This document shows positions 1-8,860 of a stretch of 51,955 nucleotides of DNA, in pieces. The notes beneath the pieces are model-generated. The model saw only the letters and a list, made by a program, of their open reading frames with translations, searched no databases and had not been told where the DNA came from. Source of the stretch: an uncultured Clostridiaceae bacterium (GTDB taxonomy: Bacteria > Bacillota > Clostridia > Lachnospirales > Lachnospiraceae); the NCBI GenBank assembly GCA_946185495.1, contig CAMHJT010000001.1, positions 1 to 51,955 on the forward strand, in the 5' to 3' direction. Both the position numbers and the translations under genes were made by a program. The number at the start of each line of letters is the position of its first letter. Position 1 is the stretch's first letter.

Positions 1-46
1 TCCCGGCCCCCAGCCGGACGCTCTAGCCAAACTGAGCCACATCCCG
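1..46 (-). tRNA. tRNA-Pro (anticodon GGG), 5' portion only, truncated by the window edge
   Basis: The reverse complement of 1-46 reads CGGGATG-TG-GCTC-AGTTTGGCTA-GAGC-G-TCCGG-CTGGGGG-CCGGA. This gives an acceptor arm, a D stem-loop and an anticodon stem with a 7-nt loop whose positions 34-36 are GGG. Confidence 0.8.
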
Positions 47-59
47 AAACACTTATATT

Positions 60-88
60 ATTATACACTATTATTTTGCAAATGTCTA
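60..88 (-). promoter_or_regulatory. possible sigma-A promoter for the tRNA
   Basis: On the minus strand: TAGACA, a 17-nt spacer, then TATAAT, ending 13 nt before the tRNA 5' end. Confidence 0.35.
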
Positions 89-282
89 CAAAAAAATGAA
101 AAAAATCTTCACAAAATTTACATGAAAATATAATTGCTTATTCAGGGGCGAACATTTATAATAAAAATTGCGTATTTACGCATAATAACAGGCAGGAAAC
201 GATAGTCTGGGACAATCCGGACTGCTGCGATATGGAATGCAGCCACGAAGGAACTGAAAAATATGACAGGAGGATAAGCAGT

Positions 283-2244
283 ATGGAAGAGAATCATACG
301 CCTCAAAAGGATGATGATCAGAACCGCAATGGAAAAAAGCCGCCCAACCGCAGCTTTCTTCTGATGCTGGTCATTTCTGTCGGACTGACGCTGCTCTTTT
401 TCTATGTGTACAGCAAATATCAGGCTGGACAGCGAGAGGAGATCTCGTATGGGCAGTTTCTGGATATGCTGGAGGAGGGCACAGTCGAAAAGGTGAAGAT
501 CTACAACTCCACGATTGAGATCATACCGAGAGGACAGTCGACAGTAAACAATAAGCGAAGCTATTACACCAACCGGATTTCGGATATCAATCTGGTGGAC
601 CGGCTGGAGGCAGCTAAGGATAAGGGAGACCTGGAGTACAAGGCGATGGATGAGAGCAGCTCCGCGGTGATCGGCAATATTCTGTCGTGGGTTGTGATGT
701 TCGGCGTGTTTTACCTGATCATCTGGCTGTTCATGCGCTCCATGTCCAGAACCGGCGGCATGATGGGAATCGGAAGGAGCAACGCGAAGCTTTACGTGGA
801 GAAGAAGACAGGCGTCACCTTTGCGGATGTGGCCGGCCAGGAGGAATCCAAGGAATCCCTGAAGGAGATGGTGGATTTTCTGCACAATCCCAAGCGGTAC
901 CTTGAAATCGGGGCCAAGCTGCCAAAGGGCGCGCTTTTAGTGGGGCCTCCGGGAACCGGAAAGACACTGCTCGCAAAGGCTGTGGCGGGCGAGGCGAACT
1001 GCCCGTTTTTCTCGCTTTCGGGATCTGATTTTGTGGAGCTTTATGTCGGCATGGGTGCTTCGAGGGTGCGGGATCTGTTCAAGCAGGCGGGAGCCATGGC
1101 GCCCTGCATCATTTTCATCGACGAGATCGACGCGATCGGCAGGAGCCGGGACAGCAGGTTTGGCGGCGGCGACTCGGAGCGGGAGCAGACGCTCAACCAG
1201 CTTCTGGCGGAGATGGACGGTTTTGATACCTCCAAGGGCATCGTGATCCTGGCGGCGACGAACCGTCCGGAGGTGCTTGATAAGGCTCTGCTCCGTCCGG
1301 GACGGTTTGACCGGCGCGTGATCGTAGAGAAGCCGGATTTAAAGGGCAGAATCGAGACGCTCAAGGTACACGCGAAGAACGTGAAGATGGACGAGACGGT
1401 GGATTTCAAGGAGCTGGCGCTTGCCACGTCCGGGGCGGTCGGCGCGGATCTTGCCAATATCATCAACGAGGCGGCGCTTGCCGCGGTGAAGGACGGCAGG
1501 GAATGCGTGAGCCAGGCGGATCTCTTTGAATCGGTAGAGGTCGTGTTTGCCGGCAAGGAGAAAAAGGACCGGATCCTCAGCAAGAAGGAGAAGGAGATCG
1601 TCGCCTACCATGAGACGGGGCATGCGCTGTGCATTGCCCTCCAGAAGCATACGGAGCCTGTGCAGAAGATTACGATCATTCCAAGGACCATGGGCGCGCT
1701 CGGATATGTGATGCAGGTGCCGGAGGAGGAGAAGTACCTCAATTCCAAGGAGGAGATGGAGGCGGATATCGTCACCTTCCTGGCTGGGCGCGCCGCGGAG
1801 GCTATCAAGTTCCGCTCTGTGACAACGGGCGCCTCCAACGATATCGAGCAGGCGACGAAGATCGCGAGGTCCATGATCACGATGTACGGCATGTCGGACA
1901 AGTTCGGCATGGTGGCGCTGGAATCCATCGAGAACCGGTATCTGGATGGCAGGGCAGTGATGAACTGTTCGGAGAAGACGGCGACCAAGATCGACAATGA
2001 GATCCAGTCGATCATGAAAAAATCCTATCACAAGGCCTACAAGCTGCTGAAGGAAAACGAGAAGGTGCTGGACGCCCTGGCGGGCTACCTGATCGAAAAG
2101 GAGACGATTACCGGCAAGGAATTTATGAAAATCTTCGAGGAGATTACGGGTACTTCCTTAAAAGCCGCCACTGAGGAGAAAACAGAGGACGGGGAGCCCG
2201 GACAGGAGGAGACGGCGGCGACTATCTTTGATGAAACGGTCTGA
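283..2244 (+). CDS. ftsH: ATP-dependent zinc metalloprotease FtsH
   Basis: It has an N-terminal TM segment, the AAA+ Walker A GPPGTGKT, a DEIDA Walker B and the HETGHA zinc motif. I chose the ATG at 283 because AGGAGGA lies 8 nt upstream; the ORF is open from 232. Confidence 0.95.
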   Translation: MEENHTPQKDDDQNRNGKKPPNRSFLLMLVISVGLTLLFFYVYSKYQAGQREEISYGQFLDMLEEGTVEKVKIYNSTIEIIPRGQSTVNNKRSYYTNRISDINLVDRLEAAKDKGDLEYKAMDESSSAVIGNILSWVVMFGVFYLIIWLFMRSMSRTGGMMGIGRSNAKLYVEKKTGVTFADVAGQEESKESLKEMVDFLHNPKRYLEIGAKLPKGALLVGPPGTGKTLLAKAVAGEANCPFFSLSGSDFVELYVGMGASRVRDLFKQAGAMAPCIIFIDEIDAIGRSRDSRFGGGDSEREQTLNQLLAEMDGFDTSKGIVILAATNRPEVLDKALLRPGRFDRRVIVEKPDLKGRIETLKVHAKNVKMDETVDFKELALATSGAVGADLANIINEAALAAVKDGRECVSQADLFESVEVVFAGKEKKDRILSKKEKEIVAYHETGHALCIALQKHTEPVQKITIIPRTMGALGYVMQVPEEEKYLNSKEEMEADIVTFLAGRAAEAIKFRSVTTGASNDIEQATKIARSMITMYGMSDKFGMVALESIENRYLDGRAVMNCSEKTATKIDNEIQSIMKKSYHKAYKLLKENEKVLDALAGYLIEKETITGKEFMKIFEEITGTSLKAATEEKTEDGEPGQEETAATIFDETV

Positions 2245-2311
2245 CCGGGTTATACGGTAACGGCATACGGCCGGTTTTATTCTTATGTATATTAAAAACA
2301 GGGAAGGAAAG

Positions 2312-2355
2312 GGACTGCAGGCTCCGGCAACAGCCGGAGTTCGCAGTCCTGTTTT
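2312..2355 (+). terminator. intrinsic terminator-like hairpin after ftsH
   Basis: GGACTGC-AG-GCTCCGGC / GCCGGAG-TTC-GCAGTCC forms two 7-bp helices, followed by TGTTTT. It ends 6 nt before the uvrC ATG. Confidence 0.6.
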
Positions 2356-2360
2356 ATGAT

Positions 2361-4187
2361 ATGGAAGAACGGTTTGATGTGAAGGAGGAACTGAAAAAGC
2401 TGCCGGAGCAGCCCGGCGTCTACCTGATGCACGCGGACAGTGACGAGATCATCTATGTGGGCAAGGCCGTCAACCTGAAGCGGAGGGTGAGCTCCTATTT
2501 CCGGAAGGTGAATAACAGGGGGCCGAAGATCGAGAAGATGATTACGCTGATCAGTTATTTTGAGTACATCGTGACGGATTCCGAGCTGGAGGCGCTGGTG
2601 CTGGAGAACAACCTGATCAAGGAGCACCATCCGAAATACAACACCATGCTCAAGGATGACAAGAGCTATCCCTTCATGAAGGTGACGGTGCAGGAGGAGT
2701 ATCCGAGGGTTCTGTTCGCGAGGCAGATGAAACGGGATGGCGCGAAATATTTTGGCCCCTATACCAGCGCGGCGGCTGTCAAGGACACGATTGAGCTGGT
2801 GAAAAAGCTCTACGGGCTCCGGACCTGCAGCAAGCAGCTCCCAAAAGAGCAGGGGGTGGGAAGACCATGCCTGTACTATCAGATGAAGCAGTGCGCGGGA
2901 CCCTGCCAGGGGTACATTTCCAGGGAGGAATACGGGAAACGGGTGGAACGGCTGCTGGGCTTTTTGAACGGGGATCATAAAAAGGTGATTGCGGAGCTGA
3001 CTGCGAAGATGAAGGAAAAGGCGGCAGCTTATGAATTTGAGGAGGCCGCGGAATACAGGGATCTGATTGAAAGCGTGCGCCATGTGACCGGCTCACAGCG
3101 CGCAGTGAAAAACGGCGGCGTTGACCGGGATGTGATCGCGATGGCCAGAAAGGAAGACGAGACGGTGGTTTCGGTCTTCTTTGTGCGTGACGGGAAGCTG
3201 CTCGGCAGGGAGCATTTCCATATGGAACAGTCGGGCAGGGACACCGGATCCCAGATCATGGAAGCATTTATCAAGCAGTATTACGGGGGCACGCCCTTTG
3301 TGCCGAATGAGCTTCTGACGGAATTTGCGGTGGAAGAGCAGGTGCTGATCGAGCAGTGGCTTTCGGAGCGCAGGGGCGGCAGGGTACATATCATCACCCC
3401 GGTAAAGGGCGAGAAGTCTAAGATGATCGACCTTGCAAGGGAAAACGCGATGGTCGTATTGAACCGTGACCTGGATAAATTAAAGCGCGAGGAGGCAAGG
3501 ACGGCGGGCGCGGCCAGAGAGCTTGCCGCTATGCTGGGCCTGCCTCTGGCAGACCGGCTGGAGGCGTATGACATCTCCAACACCAGCGGCTATCAGGCAG
3601 TGGCCTCAATGGTGGTGTTTGAGAAGGGGCGTCCCAGAAAGAACGCCTACCGGAAATTTAAATTGAAAACGGTGAGCGGCCCGGATGATTACAAAAGCAT
3701 GGAGGAGGTGCTGACCAGAAGGTTTACCGACGAGCGGTTTGAGGTTCTGCCGGATGTGATCATGATGGACGGCGGGCGGGGACAGGTCAATGTGGCCCTG
3801 CGGGTGCTTGACGAGCTTGGGCTGTCGATTCCGGTCTGCGGTATGGTCAAGGACGATAACCACAGAACCAGGGGGCTGTATTTCCAAAATGAAGAGATCA
3901 CATTTCCCAAAAACAGCGAAGTGTTCGGGATGATCACGAGGCTGCAGGATGAGGCGCACCGGTTTGCCATCACCTATCACAAGCTGCTCAGGGGGAAGGA
4001 GCAGGTAAAGAGCATTCTTGACGACATTCCGGGTGTCGGCCCGGCCAGGAGGAAAGTGCTGATGCAGCACTTTAAGGAGATTGGAAGGATCCGGGAGGCG
4101 TCGGTGGAGGAGCTTATGCAGGTGAAGGGCATTCCGGAGAAGACGGCGAGGGACATTTTTTCATTTTTTCATGAGAAATCTGATTGA
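2361..4187 (+). CDS. uvrC: excinuclease ABC subunit C (UvrC)
   Basis: It has an N-terminal GIY-YIG region (PGVYLM...IIYVGKA), a UVR domain, an endonuclease domain and a C-terminal helix-hairpin-helix (IPGVGPARRKVLMQHF). Confidence 0.95.
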   Translation: MEERFDVKEELKKLPEQPGVYLMHADSDEIIYVGKAVNLKRRVSSYFRKVNNRGPKIEKMITLISYFEYIVTDSELEALVLENNLIKEHHPKYNTMLKDDKSYPFMKVTVQEEYPRVLFARQMKRDGAKYFGPYTSAAAVKDTIELVKKLYGLRTCSKQLPKEQGVGRPCLYYQMKQCAGPCQGYISREEYGKRVERLLGFLNGDHKKVIAELTAKMKEKAAAYEFEEAAEYRDLIESVRHVTGSQRAVKNGGVDRDVIAMARKEDETVVSVFFVRDGKLLGREHFHMEQSGRDTGSQIMEAFIKQYYGGTPFVPNELLTEFAVEEQVLIEQWLSERRGGRVHIITPVKGEKSKMIDLARENAMVVLNRDLDKLKREEARTAGAARELAAMLGLPLADRLEAYDISNTSGYQAVASMVVFEKGRPRKNAYRKFKLKTVSGPDDYKSMEEVLTRRFTDERFEVLPDVIMMDGGRGQVNVALRVLDELGLSIPVCGMVKDDNHRTRGLYFQNEEITFPKNSEVFGMITRLQDEAHRFAITYHKLLRGKEQVKSILDDIPGVGPARRKVLMQHFKEIGRIREASVEELMQVKGIPEKTARDIFSFFHEKSD

Positions 4188-4238
4188 AGTTCAGGGTGCC
4201 ATATGATAAAATTCATGTATGTGAATATCCTGTGATGT

Positions 4239-4378
4239 CAGGCAATTGCGAAACCGGAATGCAGGATCAGGCTTCTTGCGGGAGGTATGTTTTTTCACAG
4301 GCATTAGGAGTGTCGGCCAGGAAAAAATATATCCCGGCAGGAGCGGATCAAGAAAGTACATGGTTTCGCAATCGCCAG
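4239..4378 (+). repeat. family-1 nested-hairpin repeat, long form, copy A
   Basis: The arms CAGGCAATTGCGAAAC (4239-4254) and GTTTCGCAATCGCC (4363-4376) are inverted repeats (13/14). A second inner stem is built on T6/A6 runs. The unit is homologous to 5499-5640. Confidence 0.75.
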
Positions 4379-4408
4379 ATGGGATGATTGTGAAAAAGGA
4401 GGAAGGGA

Positions 4409-5350
4409 ATGTATTCGATTACGGTAAAACAGCTGATTGAGAAGTTTGACCTGGTAAACCACCTGCCGGAGATCAACACGGAGGAGATCAGGGTATCTGA
4501 TCCGGACATGAACCGGCCGGGTATTCAGCTGACGGGGTTTTTTGAGCATTTTGACGCCAACAGGATACAGATCTGCGGGAATGTGGAGCATGCCTATATT
4601 ACAAGCCTGAAGAGTGAAGAACGCAGCATGATCTTTGACAAGCTGTTCCAGCATAAGATTCCATGCGTGGTATTCTGTAGGGGGCTGGAGCCGCAGGATT
4701 TCGTGCTGGAATCCGCCCGGAAATACCGGGTGCCCGTGCTGACCTCCCAGGCCACTACCTCCGCGTTTGTGCATGAGATCGTGAGGTGGCTGCATGTGCA
4801 GCTCGCGCCGCGCATTTCCATTCACGGCGTGCTGGTGGATGTGTACGGCGTGGGCGTCCTGATCATGGGCGAGAGCGGAATCGGCAAGTCGGAGGCGGCC
4901 ATCGAGCTGATCAAGAGAGGGCACCGCCTGGTGTCGGATGATGTGGTGGAGATCAAAAAGGTGTCGGATGATACGCTGGTGGGTACGGCGCCGGATGTCA
5001 CCCGCCATTTTATAGAGGTGAGAGGCATCGGGATCATTGATGTGAAGGCGCTCTTCGGCGCGGAGTGTGTCAAGATGACGCAGTCCATCGACCTGGTCAT
5101 CAACCTGGAGGAATGGGACAAGGAAAATAATTACGACCGCCTTGGCCTGGAGGATAAGTACACGGAGTTTTTGGGAAACAAGGTGGTATCCCATAACATT
5201 CCGGTACGCCCGGGCAGGAACCTCGCGATCATCGTGGAGGCGGCAGCCGTCAACCACAGGCAGAAGGAGATGGGATATAACGCCGCCCAGGAGATCTACA
5301 ACCGCGTGACGCAGAAGATGAACCAGAGCGCGGCGAACCGGAGCTCATGA
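4409..5350 (+). CDS. hprK: HPr kinase/phosphorylase
   Basis: It has the P-loop GESGIGKSE and the signature VEIRGLGIIDV-like EVRGIGIIDV. Length is 313 aa, and GGAGGAAGG lies upstream. Confidence 0.95.
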   Translation: MYSITVKQLIEKFDLVNHLPEINTEEIRVSDPDMNRPGIQLTGFFEHFDANRIQICGNVEHAYITSLKSEERSMIFDKLFQHKIPCVVFCRGLEPQDFVLESARKYRVPVLTSQATTSAFVHEIVRWLHVQLAPRISIHGVLVDVYGVGVLIMGESGIGKSEAAIELIKRGHRLVSDDVVEIKKVSDDTLVGTAPDVTRHFIEVRGIGIIDVKALFGAECVKMTQSIDLVINLEEWDKENNYDRLGLEDKYTEFLGNKVVSHNIPVRPGRNLAIIVEAAAVNHRQKEMGYNAAQEIYNRVTQKMNQSAANRSS

Positions 5351-5498
5351 TTTTTGGGGGGCGGAGTGCCCTGCGTTCGTGGATAGCTTGTACGATGTCG
5401 CAAATGCGCCCGAAAAACGGGGAGGAGCAAAAACCATAGGAGTGCCGGGAGATTTTTGCACAGTTTCACATGGCATATAGCCATCAGAAATAAATGAA

Positions 5499-5640
5499 CA
5501 GGTAATTGCGAAACTCAAAATGTAGATTGAAGCTTTGTGCATCATATATATTTTTTTGCCGGAGTTAGGAACGTTAGCCAAGAAAAAAATATATCATGCA
5601 CAAAGCTGAACAAAAAGAGTACATCGTTTCGCAAACGCCT
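5499..5640 (+). repeat. family-1 nested-hairpin repeat, long form, copy B
   Basis: The arms are CAGGTAATTGCGAAAC (5499-5514) and GTTTCGCAAACGCCT (5626-5640). The inner stem is AGCTTTGTGCATCATATATATTTTTTT / AAAAAAATATATCATGCACAAAGCT. It lies in the same orientation as copy A. Confidence 0.75.
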
Positions 5641-5668
5641 AAAATAAATGAAAAAAAGGAGGAAGGTT

Positions 5669-6610
5669 ATGAAACAGTATGTATTTGGAGCGGATATCGG
5701 GGGAACCACAGTGAAGCTTGGACTTTTTACGGCAGAGGGCGAGCTGCTTGACAAGTGGGAGATACCTACACGGAAGGAGGAGTCGGGCGCGCTGATCCTG
5801 CCGGATGTGGCGGAGTCCATTCAGGCCAGGATGAAGGAAAAGAACCTCGATCCGGAGACGGTGGTTGGTGCCGGAATCGGCGTGCCCGGACCGGTAAGGG
5901 AGGACGGAACGGTAAACGGCTGCGTCAATCTGGGCTGGGGCGTCATCAATGTGGAAAAGCAGGCGGAGGAGCTTTTGGGACTTCCCGTTAAGGTAGGAAA
6001 TGACGCCAATATGGCATCCCTCGGCGAGATGTGGCAGGGAGGTGGCAAAGGCTTCTCCTCCGTTGTCATGGTAACGCTCGGTACCGGCGTTGGCGGCGGC
6101 ATCATCATTAACGGCAAAATGGTCAGCGGTTCAAACGGCGCCGGCGGGGAGATCGGCCACATCTGTGTGGATGAGACCGAGACGGAAACCTGCGGCTGCG
6201 GCAACCGCGGCTGCCTGGAGCAGTACGGCTCAGCAACGGGCATCGCCAGAATGGCTGTCAAGGCGCTTGCCGCTTCGGACAAGGCGTCAAAGCTCAGGGA
6301 TGTGGAGACGGTTACCGCGAAGAATGTGTTTGACGCCGCGAAGGAGCAGGACGAGCTGGCCCTTGAGGTTGTGGAGCAGCACGGCAGGATTCTTGGCAAG
6401 GCGCTTGCCGGCATTGCCTGCGTATGCGATCCCGAGGTGTTTGTGATCGGAGGAGGCGTGTCAAAGGCAGGAGATCTGCTGATTGATACAGTGTCGAAGT
6501 ATTACCGCCAGTTCGCGTTCCATGCGTCACGGGAGACGAAGTTCGCGCTGGCCTGCCTGGGCAATGACGCCGGCATTTACGGCTGCGCGGAAGCAATCCT
6601 GACAAAATAG
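5669..6610 (+). CDS. glcK: ROK-family glucokinase
   Basis: It has an N-terminal ATP-binding DIGGTT motif and the ROK zinc motif CGCGNRGCLEQY. The ATG at 5669 is preceded by AAAGGAGGAAGG; the ORF is open from 5648. Confidence 0.9.
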   Translation: MKQYVFGADIGGTTVKLGLFTAEGELLDKWEIPTRKEESGALILPDVAESIQARMKEKNLDPETVVGAGIGVPGPVREDGTVNGCVNLGWGVINVEKQAEELLGLPVKVGNDANMASLGEMWQGGGKGFSSVVMVTLGTGVGGGIIINGKMVSGSNGAGGEIGHICVDETETETCGCGNRGCLEQYGSATGIARMAVKALAASDKASKLRDVETVTAKNVFDAAKEQDELALEVVEQHGRILGKALAGIACVCDPEVFVIGGGVSKAGDLLIDTVSKYYRQFAFHASRETKFALACLGNDAGIYGCAEAILTK

Positions 6611-6766
6611 GAACGGAAGGTAGCGGGAGTGGCCGGCACGGCGGGACGCGGATATCCGGGCAATGGCGTCGGGATCCTGAAAAAAGAGAAATGGACGCGG
6701 CTGTCAAGTGTGACGGGATAATGACATTTTACACAGAATGAAAGTTTTCTGACAAATAGACGAAAA

Positions 6767-6790
6767 GGGGAGAGTTTCTCCCCTTTTTTT
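6767..6790 (+). terminator. intrinsic terminator
   Basis: GGGGAGA-GTT-TCTCCCC followed by T7. Confidence 0.75.
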
Positions 6791-6855
6791 CGTGACTTTT
6801 GACATTGATTTTACATGGAAGGATAGAATATACTTAGTAAGAATGAATAGGAAGT

Positions 6856-6884
6856 GTAATTGCGCAGCAGATTTTCGCATTTAC
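6856..6884 (+). repeat. degenerate short copy of the family-1 hairpin
   Basis: GTAATTGCG (6856-6864) pairs with CGCATTTAC (6876-6884), 8/9 complementary. It shares the GTAATTGCG / TTTCGCA core with copies A-C. Confidence 0.4.
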
Positions 6885-6922
6885 TGCGCAGAACGTGACA
6901 ATACTGGTCGGTGAGGGCGGAG

Positions 6923-7837
6923 ATGAATCAGAATTTTGAGAATGAATTATATAAGATCGCCGGAGAAGGCAGCGTCCGGAAACAGGAGCCGATGGCGAAG
7001 CATACCACCTTCCGGATCGGCGGTCCTGCGAGGTGTTTTGTAGCGCCGGAGACCGTGGAGGAGCTTACGCAGCTGATGCTGCTGTGCAAGGCGGAGAAGG
7101 TGCCGTTCTTTATCCTGGGGCAGGGAAGCAATCTGCTGGTGAGGGATGGAGGAATAGACGGCGTGGTGATCCAGATCGGGGAACGGTTTTCGGGATATCA
7201 GATCCGGGGAAAGCGCATCTATGCACAGGCGGGCATTCTGCTCTCCAGGCTTGGCAGCGCTGCGAAGAGCGCCGGTCTGACAGGCCTGGAATTTGCTGCC
7301 GGCATTCCGGGAACCCTTGGAGGCGGCATCGTGATGAACGCCGGAGCCTATGGCGGTGAGCTGAAGGACGTGGTGGCAGAGGTGCAGCTGATGGATTTCA
7401 ACGGAGACCTGCACAAGAGAAACGGCGGGGAGATGCAGTTTTCGTACAGGCACAGCATTGTGCAGGAACAGCCGATGATCGTGATCGGAGCAACGCTTGA
7501 ACTGGCGGCAGGGGACAGGGATGAGATCGCGAAGCGGATGGAGGAGCTGGCAGTTGCCAGAAGGACCAAGCAGCCGCTGGAGTATCCCAGCGCGGGATCT
7601 ACATTCAAACGGCCGGAGGGATATTTCGCGGGGAAGCTGATCATGGATGCCGGGCTTCGCGGATATCAGGTTGGAGGCGCGCAGGTATCCGAAAAACACT
7701 GCGGGTTTGTCATTAATCGTGGCGGCGCGACGGCTGCTGATGTGACACAGCTGATGGAGGATGTCAGAAACCAGGTGTATGAGAAGTTTCAGGTGAAGCT
7801 GGAGCCGGAGGTAAGGCTGGTCGGGGAAGAGACATGA
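6923..7837 (+). CDS. murB: UDP-N-acetylenolpyruvoylglucosamine reductase (MurB)
   Basis: The FAD-binding PCMH region (HTTFRIGGPA, GxGSNLL) and the C-terminal SAGSTFKRP motif are present. An alternative GTG start lies at 6911. Confidence 0.93.
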   Translation: MNQNFENELYKIAGEGSVRKQEPMAKHTTFRIGGPARCFVAPETVEELTQLMLLCKAEKVPFFILGQGSNLLVRDGGIDGVVIQIGERFSGYQIRGKRIYAQAGILLSRLGSAAKSAGLTGLEFAAGIPGTLGGGIVMNAGAYGGELKDVVAEVQLMDFNGDLHKRNGGEMQFSYRHSIVQEQPMIVIGATLELAAGDRDEIAKRMEELAVARRTKQPLEYPSAGSTFKRPEGYFAGKLIMDAGLRGYQVGGAQVSEKHCGFVINRGGATAADVTQLMEDVRNQVYEKFQVKLEPEVRLVGEET

Positions 7838-8694
7838 GATTTGTGATTGTAACGGGCATGAGCGGAGCCGGTAAGAGTACGGCGCTTAAGACATTGGAGG
7901 ATATGGGATATTTCTGCGTGGACAACCTGCCGATTCAGCTGATCCGCCATTTCGCACAGATTGCGTATGGCGATGATAACGATATCAGCAATGTGGCAAT
8001 CGGTGTGGATATCCGCAGCGGTGTGTATCTGGAACAGCTTTCAGAGTGCCTCAAGCAGCTGAAGGAATCGGGTTATAGCTATGAGATCCTGTTTCTGGAT
8101 TCCAATGACGATGTGCTGGTCAAGCGGTACAAGGAGACCAGAAGAAACCATCCTCTTTCGAGAAATGCAAGGGTGGAGGATGGCATACGGCAGGAGCGCC
8201 TGCGGATTGCATTTCTTCGCAAGGAGGCAGACTATATCATAGATACCACAAGCCTTCTTACCAGGGAACTCAAGGCAGAGCTTGATAAGATCTTTATACA
8301 GAACGCCGAATACAACAGCTTTATTTTGAATATTGTCTCTTTTGGGTTTAAGCATGGAATTCCGAGGGACGCGGATCTTGTGTTTGACGTCCGGTTCCTG
8401 CCGAACCCCTTTTATGTGCCGGAGCTGAAAATGCTGACAGGCAATGACAGGCAGGTGCAGGACTATGTGATGCAGTTTGACGAGGCGAGGGAATTTCTGA
8501 ATAAGCTGATCGATTTGCTGGAGTTCCTGATTCCCAATTATATCAAGGAGGGAAAGAACGGCCTGGTTGTGGCTGTGGGCTGTACCGGAGGAAAACACCG
8601 TTCTGTTACTCTGGCCAACGGACTGTTTCAGGAGCTTAAGGAGCTTCCCTATGGCGTGAGGATCGACCACAGGGATATAGGGAGAAACGTGTAA
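7834..8694 (+). CDS. rapZ: RNase adapter protein RapZ (YvcJ family)
   Basis: It has the Walker A GMSGAGKS and the C-terminal GCTGGKHRS motif. Its start overlaps the murB stop (ATGA). Confidence 0.93.
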   Translation: MRFVIVTGMSGAGKSTALKTLEDMGYFCVDNLPIQLIRHFAQIAYGDDNDISNVAIGVDIRSGVYLEQLSECLKQLKESGYSYEILFLDSNDDVLVKRYKETRRNHPLSRNARVEDGIRQERLRIAFLRKEADYIIDTTSLLTRELKAELDKIFIQNAEYNSFILNIVSFGFKHGIPRDADLVFDVRFLPNPFYVPELKMLTGNDRQVQDYVMQFDEAREFLNKLIDLLEFLIPNYIKEGKNGLVVAVGCTGGKHRSVTLANGLFQELKELPYGVRIDHRDIGRNV

Positions 8695-8860
8695 GCGCCT
8701 GTTCAGAAATAACTGGTGCACAGGACGCGAAGAATATATAGCCGTGGCGGGCTGTGGCGAGACGTTTGGACAAGTCAAAGGAACAGGGTATTCTGAAAAA
8801 GGCCCTAAGGCTTAAGACGGATGCAGATGCCGTGGCACCGGCCGGAAAGGATAAGTAGCG

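Noticed and set aside
5560-5585. A CcpA cre site in the conserved apical loop of the family-1 repeat (TTAGGAACGTTAGCC).
   Set aside because: Only about half of the constrained positions of the cre consensus (TGWNANCGNTNWCA) match, and copy A does not keep the central CG context.
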